A stretch of 37,242 bases of DNA from an uncultured Methanosarcinales archaeon (GCA_964615385.1 CAZTMQ010000002.1:1-37242); one strand, 5' to 3'. Numbered from the stretch's first letter, positions 26,647-35,598 are shown. Numbers and translations are program-made. Notes: a model not told the origin generated them from the sequence alone.

Positions 26647-29600
26647 ATGCAAGCAAAAACAAAGGAAAGGATTGGGAAAATAGGGTTTAAGGCAATTACC
26701 ATTATCGGGGTGATGATGTTTTTATGCCTTATCCAATTGGGAAGTTCGTTTGAGTTTGCTATCTCTTCAGAAAGTCCAAATATATATGAAGATGAGACAC
26801 TTATTTTAAACCTTAGTATTTTAGAGGTAAATGGGACCCTTAACTTTACAAAAAATGTAAGCTTTGGAGAGCTAAATAAGGTAAATGAAACTCTCTTGCA
26901 ATTCAACTGGATTCCTGAGCAAGCATTGCTAACAAATAAAACAAATACATTCAGCGTACTTTTTAACGTATCAGATAACAGTTCATCGCTTAGTAAAGAA
27001 GTTACCATTACCGTTACTAAAAGAAATGACCCGCCTCGGATAATAAATTCTACTCTTGGAGGGCTTATTTACCAATCAAGAGCAGAGATATTTTTAGAAT
27101 TGGATAGACAATCCGTTTGTAAATATAGCCTTTCTAATAAGAGCTATAGCTCTATGGAATACACTTTCAATTCTGATGAAAGCAAAATAATCCACAATAC
27201 AACAACGCCTTTTATGTCTCAAGGCACTAAAAGAATCTATATTTTGTGCAGGGATTTTTCAGAAAACTACATGGAAACGCCACATGTGATAACCTTTGAT
27301 GTGAATCTTGCGCCAACTGCAGAAATCTATCTTGAGCCTTCTCCACCTCTAAAATCTGAAAGAGTATATGTTGAACTAATTGCATCAGAAGATCTTGCAA
27401 GCGCACCTGAATTAAGTTATATATTTGATGATGACTCAAGCCCTAAGATTGTATCGTTAGTTGGATCTAAAAGAAGATGGGAAGGTTATATGATAATTAG
27501 AGGAACCAATATTGAAAGAGTTGGTAGCTTCTCATTTAAGGGTGTCGATTTAACAGGGATTGAAGGTACTGAGATTACAAAGGGAAAATTGTTTTTAATA
27601 GATACAAATAAGCCAGGGCCTGTCCAAAGCATTGAGGTTACAAACCAGTACGATAGGACCAGGATCGCGTGGGCATACTCCCTTGAAAAGAATTATAATA
27701 TTGTCGAATACAGAATTTATAGAAGAGTAGATAGTGGGGGAGTGGATTATGTTGACTACTATAAAAGTACCTCCAATAACTATTTCTATGATAAGGACGT
27801 AGAATTCAAGAAGAGCTACTATTACAGGGTAAGTGCTGTTGATGATGCTGGAAATGAAGGAGAGCTTTCAAAGGAAGTATTTACCACTTTCATCCCAGAT
27901 TTACCTGAAGAAACTGTGGAAAATACTAATTCAGAAGAAGAGTACAAGTTAAGCCCAGCACTACAGATTGCTTTAGAAACAAAAATTGATGCGGTTGACA
28001 AAATAATTTTAGATCTTGAAAAACAAGAGGAATACTTCAAAAGGATTACTGGCACAGAGAATATTGAGGTTATTCAATCATTAGGGCTTATAAGCCAAGT
28101 TGCCTTTGCAAAAACAAAAGTGGAAGAGATAAAAGAAGACCTTGTTAATTTAAAATTGCATAACTTATCTGATGAGAACTTTGCAGACTCAGTGGATATG
28201 CTTTTAGCACAAGCTGAATTAGAATTCAATAAAGCACCATCCAAAATTACACTAATAGACTCATCCAGCTACCAGGAGTTTATTGATGAATCACTGATAA
28301 AAGAAATAGCAAACGAATATATCGATGCTGAAGGTAACGATATTATAGCTCTTGAAGAGCTTTTGGAAAACTCAATTTCCTTGCAGGAACAAATAACAGT
28401 TAATGCTTTGCTTATTGAATCAGAGATTACATATCCTAACCAAACACTAAATGTAAAAACTGTAAAGAAAACCCTAAATGCCAGGGAAACTATTAATAAC
28501 GCGATTATAGTAGAATCACTTCCAAAAAGCCTAGATTATGATTTTAGTTCTATGATTATTGATAGCGAGCCACTCCTAAATGAAGCAAACGATATGGTTT
28601 GGGAAGAGCCAAAGTTATCAAAAAAGACTATAGTGTATTCATTAGTGGATTATCCAGATTTCACAACGCTTAAAGAATCTAAGCTTGTTGTTCTTGGCAT
28701 AAAAAATGACGAAACTAATGTTTCAGATATTACAGGGCTTGCAATTTCCGAATCACAGGAGAAGATGAGCCCTTTGATAATTCCAATTATTATCGGTATC
28801 ATCCTTGCGGGCATATTAGGCGTTTATTACTTTGTTTCTTCAAGAAAGGATAACGAAAGCCAAATATCAAATCCATTTAACAGAGCAGAAAAAGAAAGCC
28901 TAAAAGAATTGCTAACCGATTTTCACATCGGCAAAAGAAAGCAATCTTATCCAAAGGCAAATGAAGATAAGAAAAAGCTTTTAAGAATTGAAGAAGAGGA
29001 AGTTGATTACAAAAAAAATAGTGGCTACGTATTTGATAAGAAGAGCGTTAGAAATACCCTAAATGAAACAGAATTGCTTGAATCTGAGCTAATTGATTCT
29101 ATCAAAGGAAAAGATTTGGATTATGATGGCGCTCATGAGCCAGCAATTGAGAAAAATAGATTTGGCTCCATAACTCAAAGCAACAGCAATCAAAACATTA
29201 ATACTAACAATAGTGCGTTTAACATCCCAAAAGGACCTACACCTGATCTGGATATACATAAAATATACCAACATATTTTAAAGTATAAAACAGCAGTAGA
29301 AGGGGGAAAAGATATCAATATTAAAGAAATGCAAGAGATAAAAGAAACCCTACAAAAAATCAAATCTACCTGTGATGAAATTGATAAGGCAAGGGTTGAA
29401 AGCTATACTGAAAAGGCAAAGAGCTATCTAAAAGAGACCTTAAAATATCTAGAGAGCATGGAATTTTCAAAAGATGTAAAAATAAAAGAAACAGCAACAA
29501 AAAGAAAGAAAAAATCACTTATTCAAAAGTCAAAACTAAGAGATTTAAGCTATATTAAACCCAAGAGAGCAAGGAGAGCAAGACTTCAGCCCGATAATAA

Positions 29601-29934
29601 CAAGGCGTTTAAAGACACATCAAGGCAAGTCGATAAGCCAAACTCCAAAGAACTTAAAGAGCGCCAAATAATACAAAAAATAGATATTCATCATATGGCT
29701 CCAGAAGATAAATTCTTTTCTCTTCAAAACGGAATTAGATTAAGAAATATTAATGAATTAGTAGACTACCTTGCTGTAATTGATAAGGAGTTATTTTGGC
29801 AACATGCAAACTTCTCAAAAAATGACTTTGCAACATGGATTAGGGATGTTTTTAATGCAAAAGAGCTTTCAAATGAAATAGAAAGGGCTCTTGACCCAAA
29901 AGAGATGAGAGAAAGAATAATTAAATTCTTTTAA
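26647..29934 (+). CDS. Large bitopic surface protein: Fn3-containing ectodomain, TM helix, cytoplasmic tail ending in the recurrent domain
   Basis: N-terminal signal/anchor, an NDPPRI cadherin-like motif, and a fibronectin-III-like block (YRIYRR...YYYRVSAVDDAGNEG). The TM helix is PLIIPIIIGIILAGILGVYYFV. A ~350-aa K/E-rich tail ends in DKFFSLQNG...FSKNDFATWIRDVF. Confidence 0.75.
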   Translation: MQAKTKERIGKIGFKAITIIGVMMFLCLIQLGSSFEFAISSESPNIYEDETLILNLSILEVNGTLNFTKNVSFGELNKVNETLLQFNWIPEQALLTNKTNTFSVLFNVSDNSSSLSKEVTITVTKRNDPPRIINSTLGGLIYQSRAEIFLELDRQSVCKYSLSNKSYSSMEYTFNSDESKIIHNTTTPFMSQGTKRIYILCRDFSENYMETPHVITFDVNLAPTAEIYLEPSPPLKSERVYVELIASEDLASAPELSYIFDDDSSPKIVSLVGSKRRWEGYMIIRGTNIERVGSFSFKGVDLTGIEGTEITKGKLFLIDTNKPGPVQSIEVTNQYDRTRIAWAYSLEKNYNIVEYRIYRRVDSGGVDYVDYYKSTSNNYFYDKDVEFKKSYYYRVSAVDDAGNEGELSKEVFTTFIPDLPEETVENTNSEEEYKLSPALQIALETKIDAVDKIILDLEKQEEYFKRITGTENIEVIQSLGLISQVAFAKTKVEEIKEDLVNLKLHNLSDENFADSVDMLLAQAELEFNKAPSKITLIDSSSYQEFIDESLIKEIANEYIDAEGNDIIALEELLENSISLQEQITVNALLIESEITYPNQTLNVKTVKKTLNARETINNAIIVESLPKSLDYDFSSMIIDSEPLLNEANDMVWEEPKLSKKTIVYSLVDYPDFTTLKESKLVVLGIKNDETNVSDITGLAISESQEKMSPLIIPIIIGIILAGILGVYYFVSSRKDNESQISNPFNRAEKESLKELLTDFHIGKRKQSYPKANEDKKKLLRIEEEEVDYKKNSGYVFDKKSVRNTLNETELLESELIDSIKGKDLDYDGAHEPAIEKNRFGSITQSNSNQNINTNNSAFNIPKGPTPDLDIHKIYQHILKYKTAVEGGKDINIKEMQEIKETLQKIKSTCDEIDKARVESYTEKAKSYLKETLKYLESMEFSKDVKIKETATKRKKKSLIQKSKLRDLSYIKPKRARRARLQPDNNKAFKDTSRQVDKPNSKELKERQIIQKIDIHHMAPEDKFFSLQNGIRLRNINELVDYLAVIDKELFWQHANFSKNDFATWIRDVFNAKELSNEIERALDPKEMRERIIKFF

Positions 29935-29960
29935 GCCAAAATAAAGAAATATACTGGCTT
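29933..29960. terminator. Hairpin between convergent genes (candidate bidirectional terminator)
   Basis: AAGCCA-N16-TGGCTT spans the gap between the stop of the 1095-aa gene and the stop of the 298-aa gene. Confidence 0.3.
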
Positions 29961-30856
29961 TAAGGTGCCGTAGCAGTAAATCTCACAGTTCCTGTACAAA
30001 GGCCAAATGGGTTTGGTGGAACATAAAGTTGCCAATGAGTGATCCATGTCTCAGGGTTGCTTGCCTCAGTCGGCTGGGGAACTGTCATTCCCATATCCTT
30101 TCCAACCTCATCAAGCACGGTCTTATCCGCCCAGGCCACCAGATCAGCAACTGAGAATCTTTGATATTCTACTGAAATATTGTCTCCATGTTCACACACA
30201 AGGCCAAGACCATCACCTTCAGTTAAGCCATAGCCTAATACAGTAACGTTAATATCCATATTTCCAAAATTTGTTACTGTTGCGTTTATCTCTTCACTAG
30301 TATCCGTAACACTTAGGTTTCCGTAATCTATTACATCAGTTACATTAAGAGCATACAAAGCATTTATTGAAGTAGTATTATTGGCAGTATCTGTAAAATT
30401 ATGAGCATCAATCACGGTTACATTGCAATTCCAGCTCCCGTTATTGGCAAAGTAATATACCTCAAAACTGCAAGAGTAATTAGCCCAATATTCGCCATCA
30501 TTACTTATCTCTTCGCAGGATGCGTTTGTATAATGTACATTTCGGTCATCAGGATCCTCTGAATTATTAAGATAATAGTAGAATGTAGCATTCACGTTGC
30601 TAATATCACCAAAGCCGTTCCAATCACGAATGGTAGCGTTACAGGTTACTGTTGTAATGTTTCCGGCGTTAAGAACTATATTTTGATCAACATCCACCTG
30701 AAAAATCTCAGGAAATGCATTCGTAATGTTTACCTGTGTCGTTACATTAACATGCTCGTAGTTATAAGCGCCTGCAAAAAGCACAACTTGCAAAAAAGGC
30801 AAAGCCAAAGCTAACATTAACGTGCTAATGATTAAAATCTTTGAAGATGATTTCAT
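29960..30856 (-). CDS. Secreted sequon-rich beta-protein (P3), Cys-containing Ig-like repeats
   Basis: Sec-type signal (LMLALALPFLQVVLFAGA) and dense N-x-S/T sequons. It is the last gene of the three-gene minus-strand operon. Confidence 0.68.
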   Translation of the reverse strand: MKSSSKILIISTLMLALALPFLQVVLFAGAYNYEHVNVTTQVNITNAFPEIFQVDVDQNIVLNAGNITTVTCNATIRDWNGFGDISNVNATFYYYLNNSEDPDDRNVHYTNASCEEISNDGEYWANYSCSFEVYYFANNGSWNCNVTVIDAHNFTDTANNTTSINALYALNVTDVIDYGNLSVTDTSEEINATVTNFGNMDINVTVLGYGLTEGDGLGLVCEHGDNISVEYQRFSVADLVAWADKTVLDEVGKDMGMTVPQPTEASNPETWITHWQLYVPPNPFGLCTGTVRFTATAP

Positions 30857-30887
30857 TTTTATCCTTTGCTGATTTTCTAGCAGTCGC

Positions 30888-31670
30888 TTAGGCTCCTATC
30901 TCAGCATAAAAATAGTACGCTGTTGTGTCACCCACCTTATCGGGAACCATTATCTGAAAGTCTGCTATTGTTTCGTTATTGTAACTTTGCGCACCTTTAT
31001 TGATAGGAGTAGCATATACTGTACTTTCTGAACTTATCAAAAGTATGATAGGATAAGATGCACTTGCCTGATCTTCTGCCGTATCATTTACATAAGTGCT
31101 TGTTGTATTACATGTATTCTCAGTAATAGTAGTAGTGCCAACAACAAGTTGTGGATGAAGAGTACTGTTAAATGTTTTATTTACGCTATCTACAACAGAG
31201 GAGTTAAAGCCCATGTATGTATCTTCCCCTTCTATATGGGTAAGGTTTGCGCATTCAACCGCTATGTCCCAGTCGATTGAACCATTTCTAGAAACGTAGA
31301 CTTCACCAGTCAAATCCTCTATTGCCATTGACCACTCGAATATTGATTTACCTGAAGAATCATCTAAAGATAGCGCACCAGATAAATTTCCTACATAGGC
31401 CTTCCACCGATCATTTTGCTGAACAACATCAAGGTCCATAGTAGTAATGGTACCCCCTGCATCGCTTCGGGAGGGCGCTGGAGTATCTGATTTACTATCA
31501 GTAACATTATTGGATATTGAAACCCCTGTAGGCGCAGCACTCGTTAGACCTACAAAGGAAAGTATAAAAAGGAGTGAAATAAAAATTACTCCTACGCAAA
31601 AACAAGTCTGAGTAATAGCCACCTTACAGCGATTCTCGCAGGGTTTTTTTGGATTTTTGTTACCTGTCAT
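30888..31670 (-). CDS. Secreted sequon-rich protein (P2), paralog of P1
   Basis: Hydrophobic signal anchor ending in LTSA-APTG. It aligns with P1 through GNLSG, GEVYVS and VECA blocks and ends in ADFQIMVP...YYFYAEIGA. Confidence 0.7.
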   Translation of the reverse strand: MTGNKNPKKPCENRCKVAITQTCFCVGVIFISLLFILSFVGLTSAAPTGVSISNNVTDSKSDTPAPSRSDAGGTITTMDLDVVQQNDRWKAYVGNLSGALSLDDSSGKSIFEWSMAIEDLTGEVYVSRNGSIDWDIAVECANLTHIEGEDTYMGFNSSVVDSVNKTFNSTLHPQLVVGTTTITENTCNTTSTYVNDTAEDQASASYPIILLISSESTVYATPINKGAQSYNNETIADFQIMVPDKVGDTTAYYFYAEIGA

Positions 31671-31742
31671 TTAATATCACACGCCTTCTCAGTACAATAA
31701 ATGCAATCTTCAAATAATAAAAGGCAAAATAAAATAGCATTT

Positions 31743-32516
31743 TTATTCAATCTCTATCCAAAAATAGTATCTCGTGGTCACTGTGTTACCGAGCTGGCCA
31801 TTTTCTGCAACTAACATTTGGAAATCATAAAGCCCACCATCATAACCCGCTTCATCATCCCTTTCTCCTGATTGGTCATCCTCAAGGATAGCTGTAAAAA
31901 TCAAGGTGCTATTGGAATCGCTTGAGAGCAAGACAGCAGGGAAATTTGTAGCTTGCGATACATTATTCTGGAAGGTATAAGTGGTTCTACACCCAGTAAG
32001 ATTTGTAAATCCCACCTGAAACATAGCATGATCGGTTGCATTGTACGTATCATTCAAATCATCGTAATCTGAGTGAAGCATACCATAAAATGTATGCCAT
32101 TCATCAATATATGTTGCGTTATCTATTGGAGCACACTCAACAGTTGTCCATGAAATGGTATTATTTACTGAAGCAAACACCTCACCCTGTGGCTCCGCAA
32201 CAGCCCAATCATAAAACCTAAATCCTGTGGAATCCTCTAAAATGATTGTACCCGAAACATTTCCAAAAAAGCCCTGCCACGATTTTGTTGGAGAAACACC
32301 AGTGATTGTTAATTCTGTAAGATTTCCCGCAATCGCATCCACGTAATCCGGCTGATACAAACTTGCGTTAGATGTTTCACTTCTAACTGTACTAACATTC
32401 TCAGCGCCTAGTGGTACGTTAAATCCCGAATCATCTGCCCAAGCCCACGTACCAAACAGTACTAGGCTCACTAAAATTCCCATTGTGAACAAAACATCTC
32501 TTCGTTTCATTTGCAT
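31743..32516 (-). CDS. Secreted sequon-rich protein (P1), paralog of P2
   Basis: Classic SPase I signal (LVLFGTWAWA-DD) with GAGGTG before the ATG. It has GNVSG, GEVFAS and VECA blocks and the terminus YDFQMLVA...YYFWIEIE. Confidence 0.7.
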   Translation of the reverse strand: MQMKRRDVLFTMGILVSLVLFGTWAWADDSGFNVPLGAENVSTVRSETSNASLYQPDYVDAIAGNLTELTITGVSPTKSWQGFFGNVSGTIILEDSTGFRFYDWAVAEPQGEVFASVNNTISWTTVECAPIDNATYIDEWHTFYGMLHSDYDDLNDTYNATDHAMFQVGFTNLTGCRTTYTFQNNVSQATNFPAVLLSSDSNSTLIFTAILEDDQSGERDDEAGYDGGLYDFQMLVAENGQLGNTVTTRYYFWIEIE

Positions 32517-32968
32517 TACACCTCAAACATTCTTATTGAATTTAGACTATTCTCAATAAAGTCCATGACTTTCTATATACCTTTTGCTATACTCATATAT
32601 AAATGTTTCTAAAAATAGAGATTTTAGCACAGCAAGATAGTGAATGTATATAATATGCCACAGGAGTATTTTTTCGTATTTTTGCCAAAAAGAAATCTCG
32701 GAATATTGAGATTAGAAAATGTTTCTCCTTCGCTTCTCTCTTCCACTGCAAAAACATATTTTAGAATGGCTAAGAAGATTGCCGTTTTCCCAACTGAAAA
32801 GCTAGAATTATGGTTTTTTTATTATACCCCTAAAAATCCCACTTTAAATATGCTAAAGAATTATCTTTAAAGGCAAGCATTTTATTCTCGTGAGAATTGA
32901 ATTAATGTGATTACTGTTGCCAGATTAAAATAGATTCAAAGAAAAATTATTATTAGATATACTTATAC

Positions 32969-33937
32969 TCAATATAATATACCTACAAGTATCCTTTGGA
33001 CTGCATCAAATCTTACCTTTTCAGGGTCTGACACCTTAAGATTGTCACCCTTGGTAATAGCATACCAACCATCTTCATCGAAGCCTGTTTCTAAGACTCG
33101 GTGAACTATGACCTTGTCATTATAAGTATAACTGATAATGTCTCCCGAATGTATATCGTCAACTGAAGCAGGTACTACTTCTAACCCCAATGAATCTGAG
33201 GTAATTGTAGGAAGCATAGAACCACTCTTCCCAAATCTCGCCAATATAATATTCTTAGCCTCAATAGTAACATAATTGGGCTTCACAACAATAGCATTTG
33301 CATTTATTCTATGGCTGGGTCCAGGAGAGTTTAAAAGCCCAATCCTTTTTATCTCTTCAAAAAGTTCTTCGTTTTTATCCGCAAGCTCTTTTAAGGCAAG
33401 ATCACTATCAAAAAGCTTTTCATTTAATGAACGTATCATAAGAGTTTGCGCATTACTTTTGTCATTCAAGGATAAGAGTAAACTATAAGTCGAAGAAAGC
33501 TCATTTTCTAAAACGCTAATCTTTGAGGTATAATAACCTTTTTGCATAAATAAAGCTACAAAAAGCATTGCATAAACTAAAAACCAAATATATGAAAAAA
33601 CCTTTGTGTTTGGCCTGTTTTTAACTGCATTAATAAAGGAGGAGTTATCCTTAGAATTCATTCCTTTAAGCAAATTTATTCGCAGGGTTAGGATTCGCTC
33701 ATATCCTGATTTACTATTAGAGTTTTTTAGCTTAGAAACAAGCACATGGTCATCGTAGTTATCTAAAATCCAATCTAAAAAGAAATTTGGGTTCGTAAGA
33801 GTATGTATTTTGAACTCATATTCACTCATTGCCTTAAGGCTTGAAAGAAGCTCTTCATAATTACGTACAAAGCTTCCATCTCTAAGCTTTAGCCCTTTAC
33901 CATATTTCACATCCTTAAGGAAAAAAGACCTCTCCAA
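32969..33937 (-). CDS. Type I signal peptidase (S26B, archaeal/ER/SipW type) fused to N-terminal recurrent domain, TM helix and coiled coil
   Basis: The C-terminal catalytic module has SGSMLPT (Ser nucleophile), VHRV (His) and KGDN. The N-terminus GLKLRDGSFVRNYEELLSSLKAMSEYEFKIHT..NPNFFLDWI matches the recurrent domain. The TM helix is VFSYIWFLVYAMLFVALFM. Confidence 0.8.
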   Translation of the reverse strand: MERSFFLKDVKYGKGLKLRDGSFVRNYEELLSSLKAMSEYEFKIHTLTNPNFFLDWILDNYDDHVLVSKLKNSNSKSGYERILTLRINLLKGMNSKDNSSFINAVKNRPNTKVFSYIWFLVYAMLFVALFMQKGYYTSKISVLENELSSTYSLLLSLNDKSNAQTLMIRSLNEKLFDSDLALKELADKNEELFEEIKRIGLLNSPGPSHRINANAIVVKPNYVTIEAKNIILARFGKSGSMLPTITSDSLGLEVVPASVDDIHSGDIISYTYNDKVIVHRVLETGFDEDGWYAITKGDNLKVSDPEKVRFDAVQRILVGILY

Positions 33938-34128
33938 AAAACCACCCCTCTGCTACTTTAAAGCATATGAACATTAAATAGTTACAACAAAGTTATAAAT
34001 AAAACAATTAAACACTAAAACGTAATTTGGCTAAGTGTTTGTAGCCAAGGCAAATTAATAACAACGATGATAACTGGTGATGGCTCTTTTTAAATCTTGC
34101 CAATATTTAAGCTAAAAACCGCTCAAAA

Positions 34129-34422
34129 ATGAGAAATTTCTTGTCGGATTGTGAACCGGAAAGTGCATTTTGGTCAACTAATGGGGTTGTTTGCAGAAAC
34201 CTAAATGAGCTTTTGCTTTGCATAAAGGGCCTTAATGAAAGCGACTTTAGATATCACGTCAATCAAGACAACAAAAAGAATGATTTTGCAAAATGGATTT
34301 TAGAGGTTATTGGAGATGAAGTTTTGGCTAGGGCACTATCCGCAGTATTAGATAAGGACTTATATGCTGATATCATAGAACAAAGAATGAAACACCTCGA
34401 GTCGGATTATAAAGCTTACTAA
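34129..34422 (+). CDS. Stand-alone recurrent-domain protein (97 aa)
   Basis: ESAFWSTNGVVCRNLNELLLCIKGLNESDFRYHVNQDNKKNDFAKWILEVIGDE is essentially only the domain. Confidence 0.65.
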   Translation: MRNFLSDCEPESAFWSTNGVVCRNLNELLLCIKGLNESDFRYHVNQDNKKNDFAKWILEVIGDEVLARALSAVLDKDLYADIIEQRMKHLESDYKAY

Positions 34423-34440
34423 ACAAGCTCGTGGTTGCGT

Positions 34441-35598
34441 CTAAAATTCTCGAATAATCTTTATCATTTCACTAGGGCTCTTGGCATTTTTTATATGATC
34501 CGCAATCTCACGATAGGAAAATACATGCTCAACCCACGTAGAAAAATCATTTCTCTCCTCATTAACATGGTGCCTAAAAACTTCTTCATCCATCTTTGAA
34601 AGCTCATATAACAAATCCTCTACGCTATAAAGCAAAACCCCATTTTGAAGCCGAAATGCCTTATCAGAAGTGGTCTTTTTTCCAAGCATTCTGAATTTTT
34701 CAGCATTTCTAATAACATTCTTGAATCGGGCAAGCTTTTTTTCAATCTCGCTTTCCTTCTCAAGTAAAAGGTTTCTAGCACTCTCAAATTCCCTGCTTCG
34801 TATAAGCCACTCAGATTCGAGTTCTCTTAATTCTAAAAGATAACTATATACCACATCATCAATATCCTTCTCGCCTAAGAAAAAATGCCTCCCGCTTTTA
34901 AGTGATTCATGATAATCTTTCATTTTATGCAAAAGCCCAGAACTAATAGTTGAATAAAGCTCGCTTTTCTCCTCGTTAAATCTTCTTTCTAGCTCTTTAA
35001 AAAAGGAAATAGAGGCCCTTTCATTTTGGGCTTGCATTCTTTCATCAATCAAGTTTGTTTCTTTAGGATTATTATTTCTGTCAAAATTCCATTTTTTTGA
35101 TTGGGAGCTATCTTCAAAACTGTTAGACTCTAAAGGATTTGTCCCTTTATAGACTGAATTGCTTGAATTACTGCGATAATTATCTTCATTTTTCTTATAA
35201 AAATCAAAGGGATTATTAGTTTCTCCCGATGATCGATTTGAGTTCCCAACTGTGTTTAACCTGGAATAATCATAAGGCTGGCTCTCAGTTGGTCTCGTAC
35301 TCTTGGAAGAATCTGCATTTTCATCAACTGAAATACTTATTCCTTTGATCTCGGGGCTCACCAGGTTCTCAGGAAGCCTTCTTGGTTCGTTATGTTCATT
35401 TGAACCACTAAATCCACGATTTGTCCTTTCAAGATTTTGCCCATCAGACATTTGAGATGGTCCAATTGGGTCTTTGGTGTAATCCCCCCTATCAAAAGCC
35501 ATATTTTTATCCATTGTAGTATCAGGAAGACTCGGAGGTACATCTAAAGAAACAGATTTATCTTTCCCCTTACCATTAAAACCTAAAAACGAAACCAT
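34441..35598 (-). CDS. Cytoplasmic protein: disordered N/S-rich region, coiled coil, C-terminal recurrent domain
   Basis: No signal peptide or TM helix. About 190 aa are low-complexity and the middle is helical. The C-terminus DKAFRLQNGVLLYSVEDLLYELSKMDEEVFRHHVNEERNDFSTWVEHVF is very similar to the tail of the 1095-aa protein. Confidence 0.65.
   Translation of the reverse strand: MVSFLGFNGKGKDKSVSLDVPPSLPDTTMDKNMAFDRGDYTKDPIGPSQMSDGQNLERTNRGFSGSNEHNEPRRLPENLVSPEIKGISISVDENADSSKSTRPTESQPYDYSRLNTVGNSNRSSGETNNPFDFYKKNEDNYRSNSSNSVYKGTNPLESNSFEDSSQSKKWNFDRNNNPKETNLIDERMQAQNERASISFFKELERRFNEEKSELYSTISSGLLHKMKDYHESLKSGRHFFLGEKDIDDVVYSYLLELRELESEWLIRSREFESARNLLLEKESEIEKKLARFKNVIRNAEKFRMLGKKTTSDKAFRLQNGVLLYSVEDLLYELSKMDEEVFRHHVNEERNDFSTWVEHVFSYREIADHIKNAKSPSEMIKIIREF

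Noticed and set aside
26466-29934. RHH gene as the antitoxin of a toxin-antitoxin pair
   Set aside because: The downstream gene is a 1095-aa surface protein, not a small toxin. The RHH is more likely a transcriptional regulator.
29960-32516. Type IV pilin or archaellin identity for P1-P3
   Set aside because: The signal peptides are long Sec/SPase I-type with A-x-A-like cleavage sites. They are not short class III signals with a conserved G/A followed by a hydrophobic start. No prepilin peptidase, PilB/FlaI ATPase or PilC/FlaJ gene is in the window.
30888-32516. Direct homology of P1/P2 to TasA/camelysin
   Set aside because: I could not recognise TasA-family motifs by eye. Only the operon logic (dedicated S26B peptidase plus secreted beta proteins) is similar. 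It remains a hypothesis to test structurally.
32640-32870. 76-aa ORF in the 450-bp gap between the signal peptidase gene and P1
   Set aside because: It has no ribosome-binding or promoter context and an odd composition. It lies where the promoter/leader of the minus-strand P1-P3 operon is expected. Small regulatory elements here cannot be excluded.
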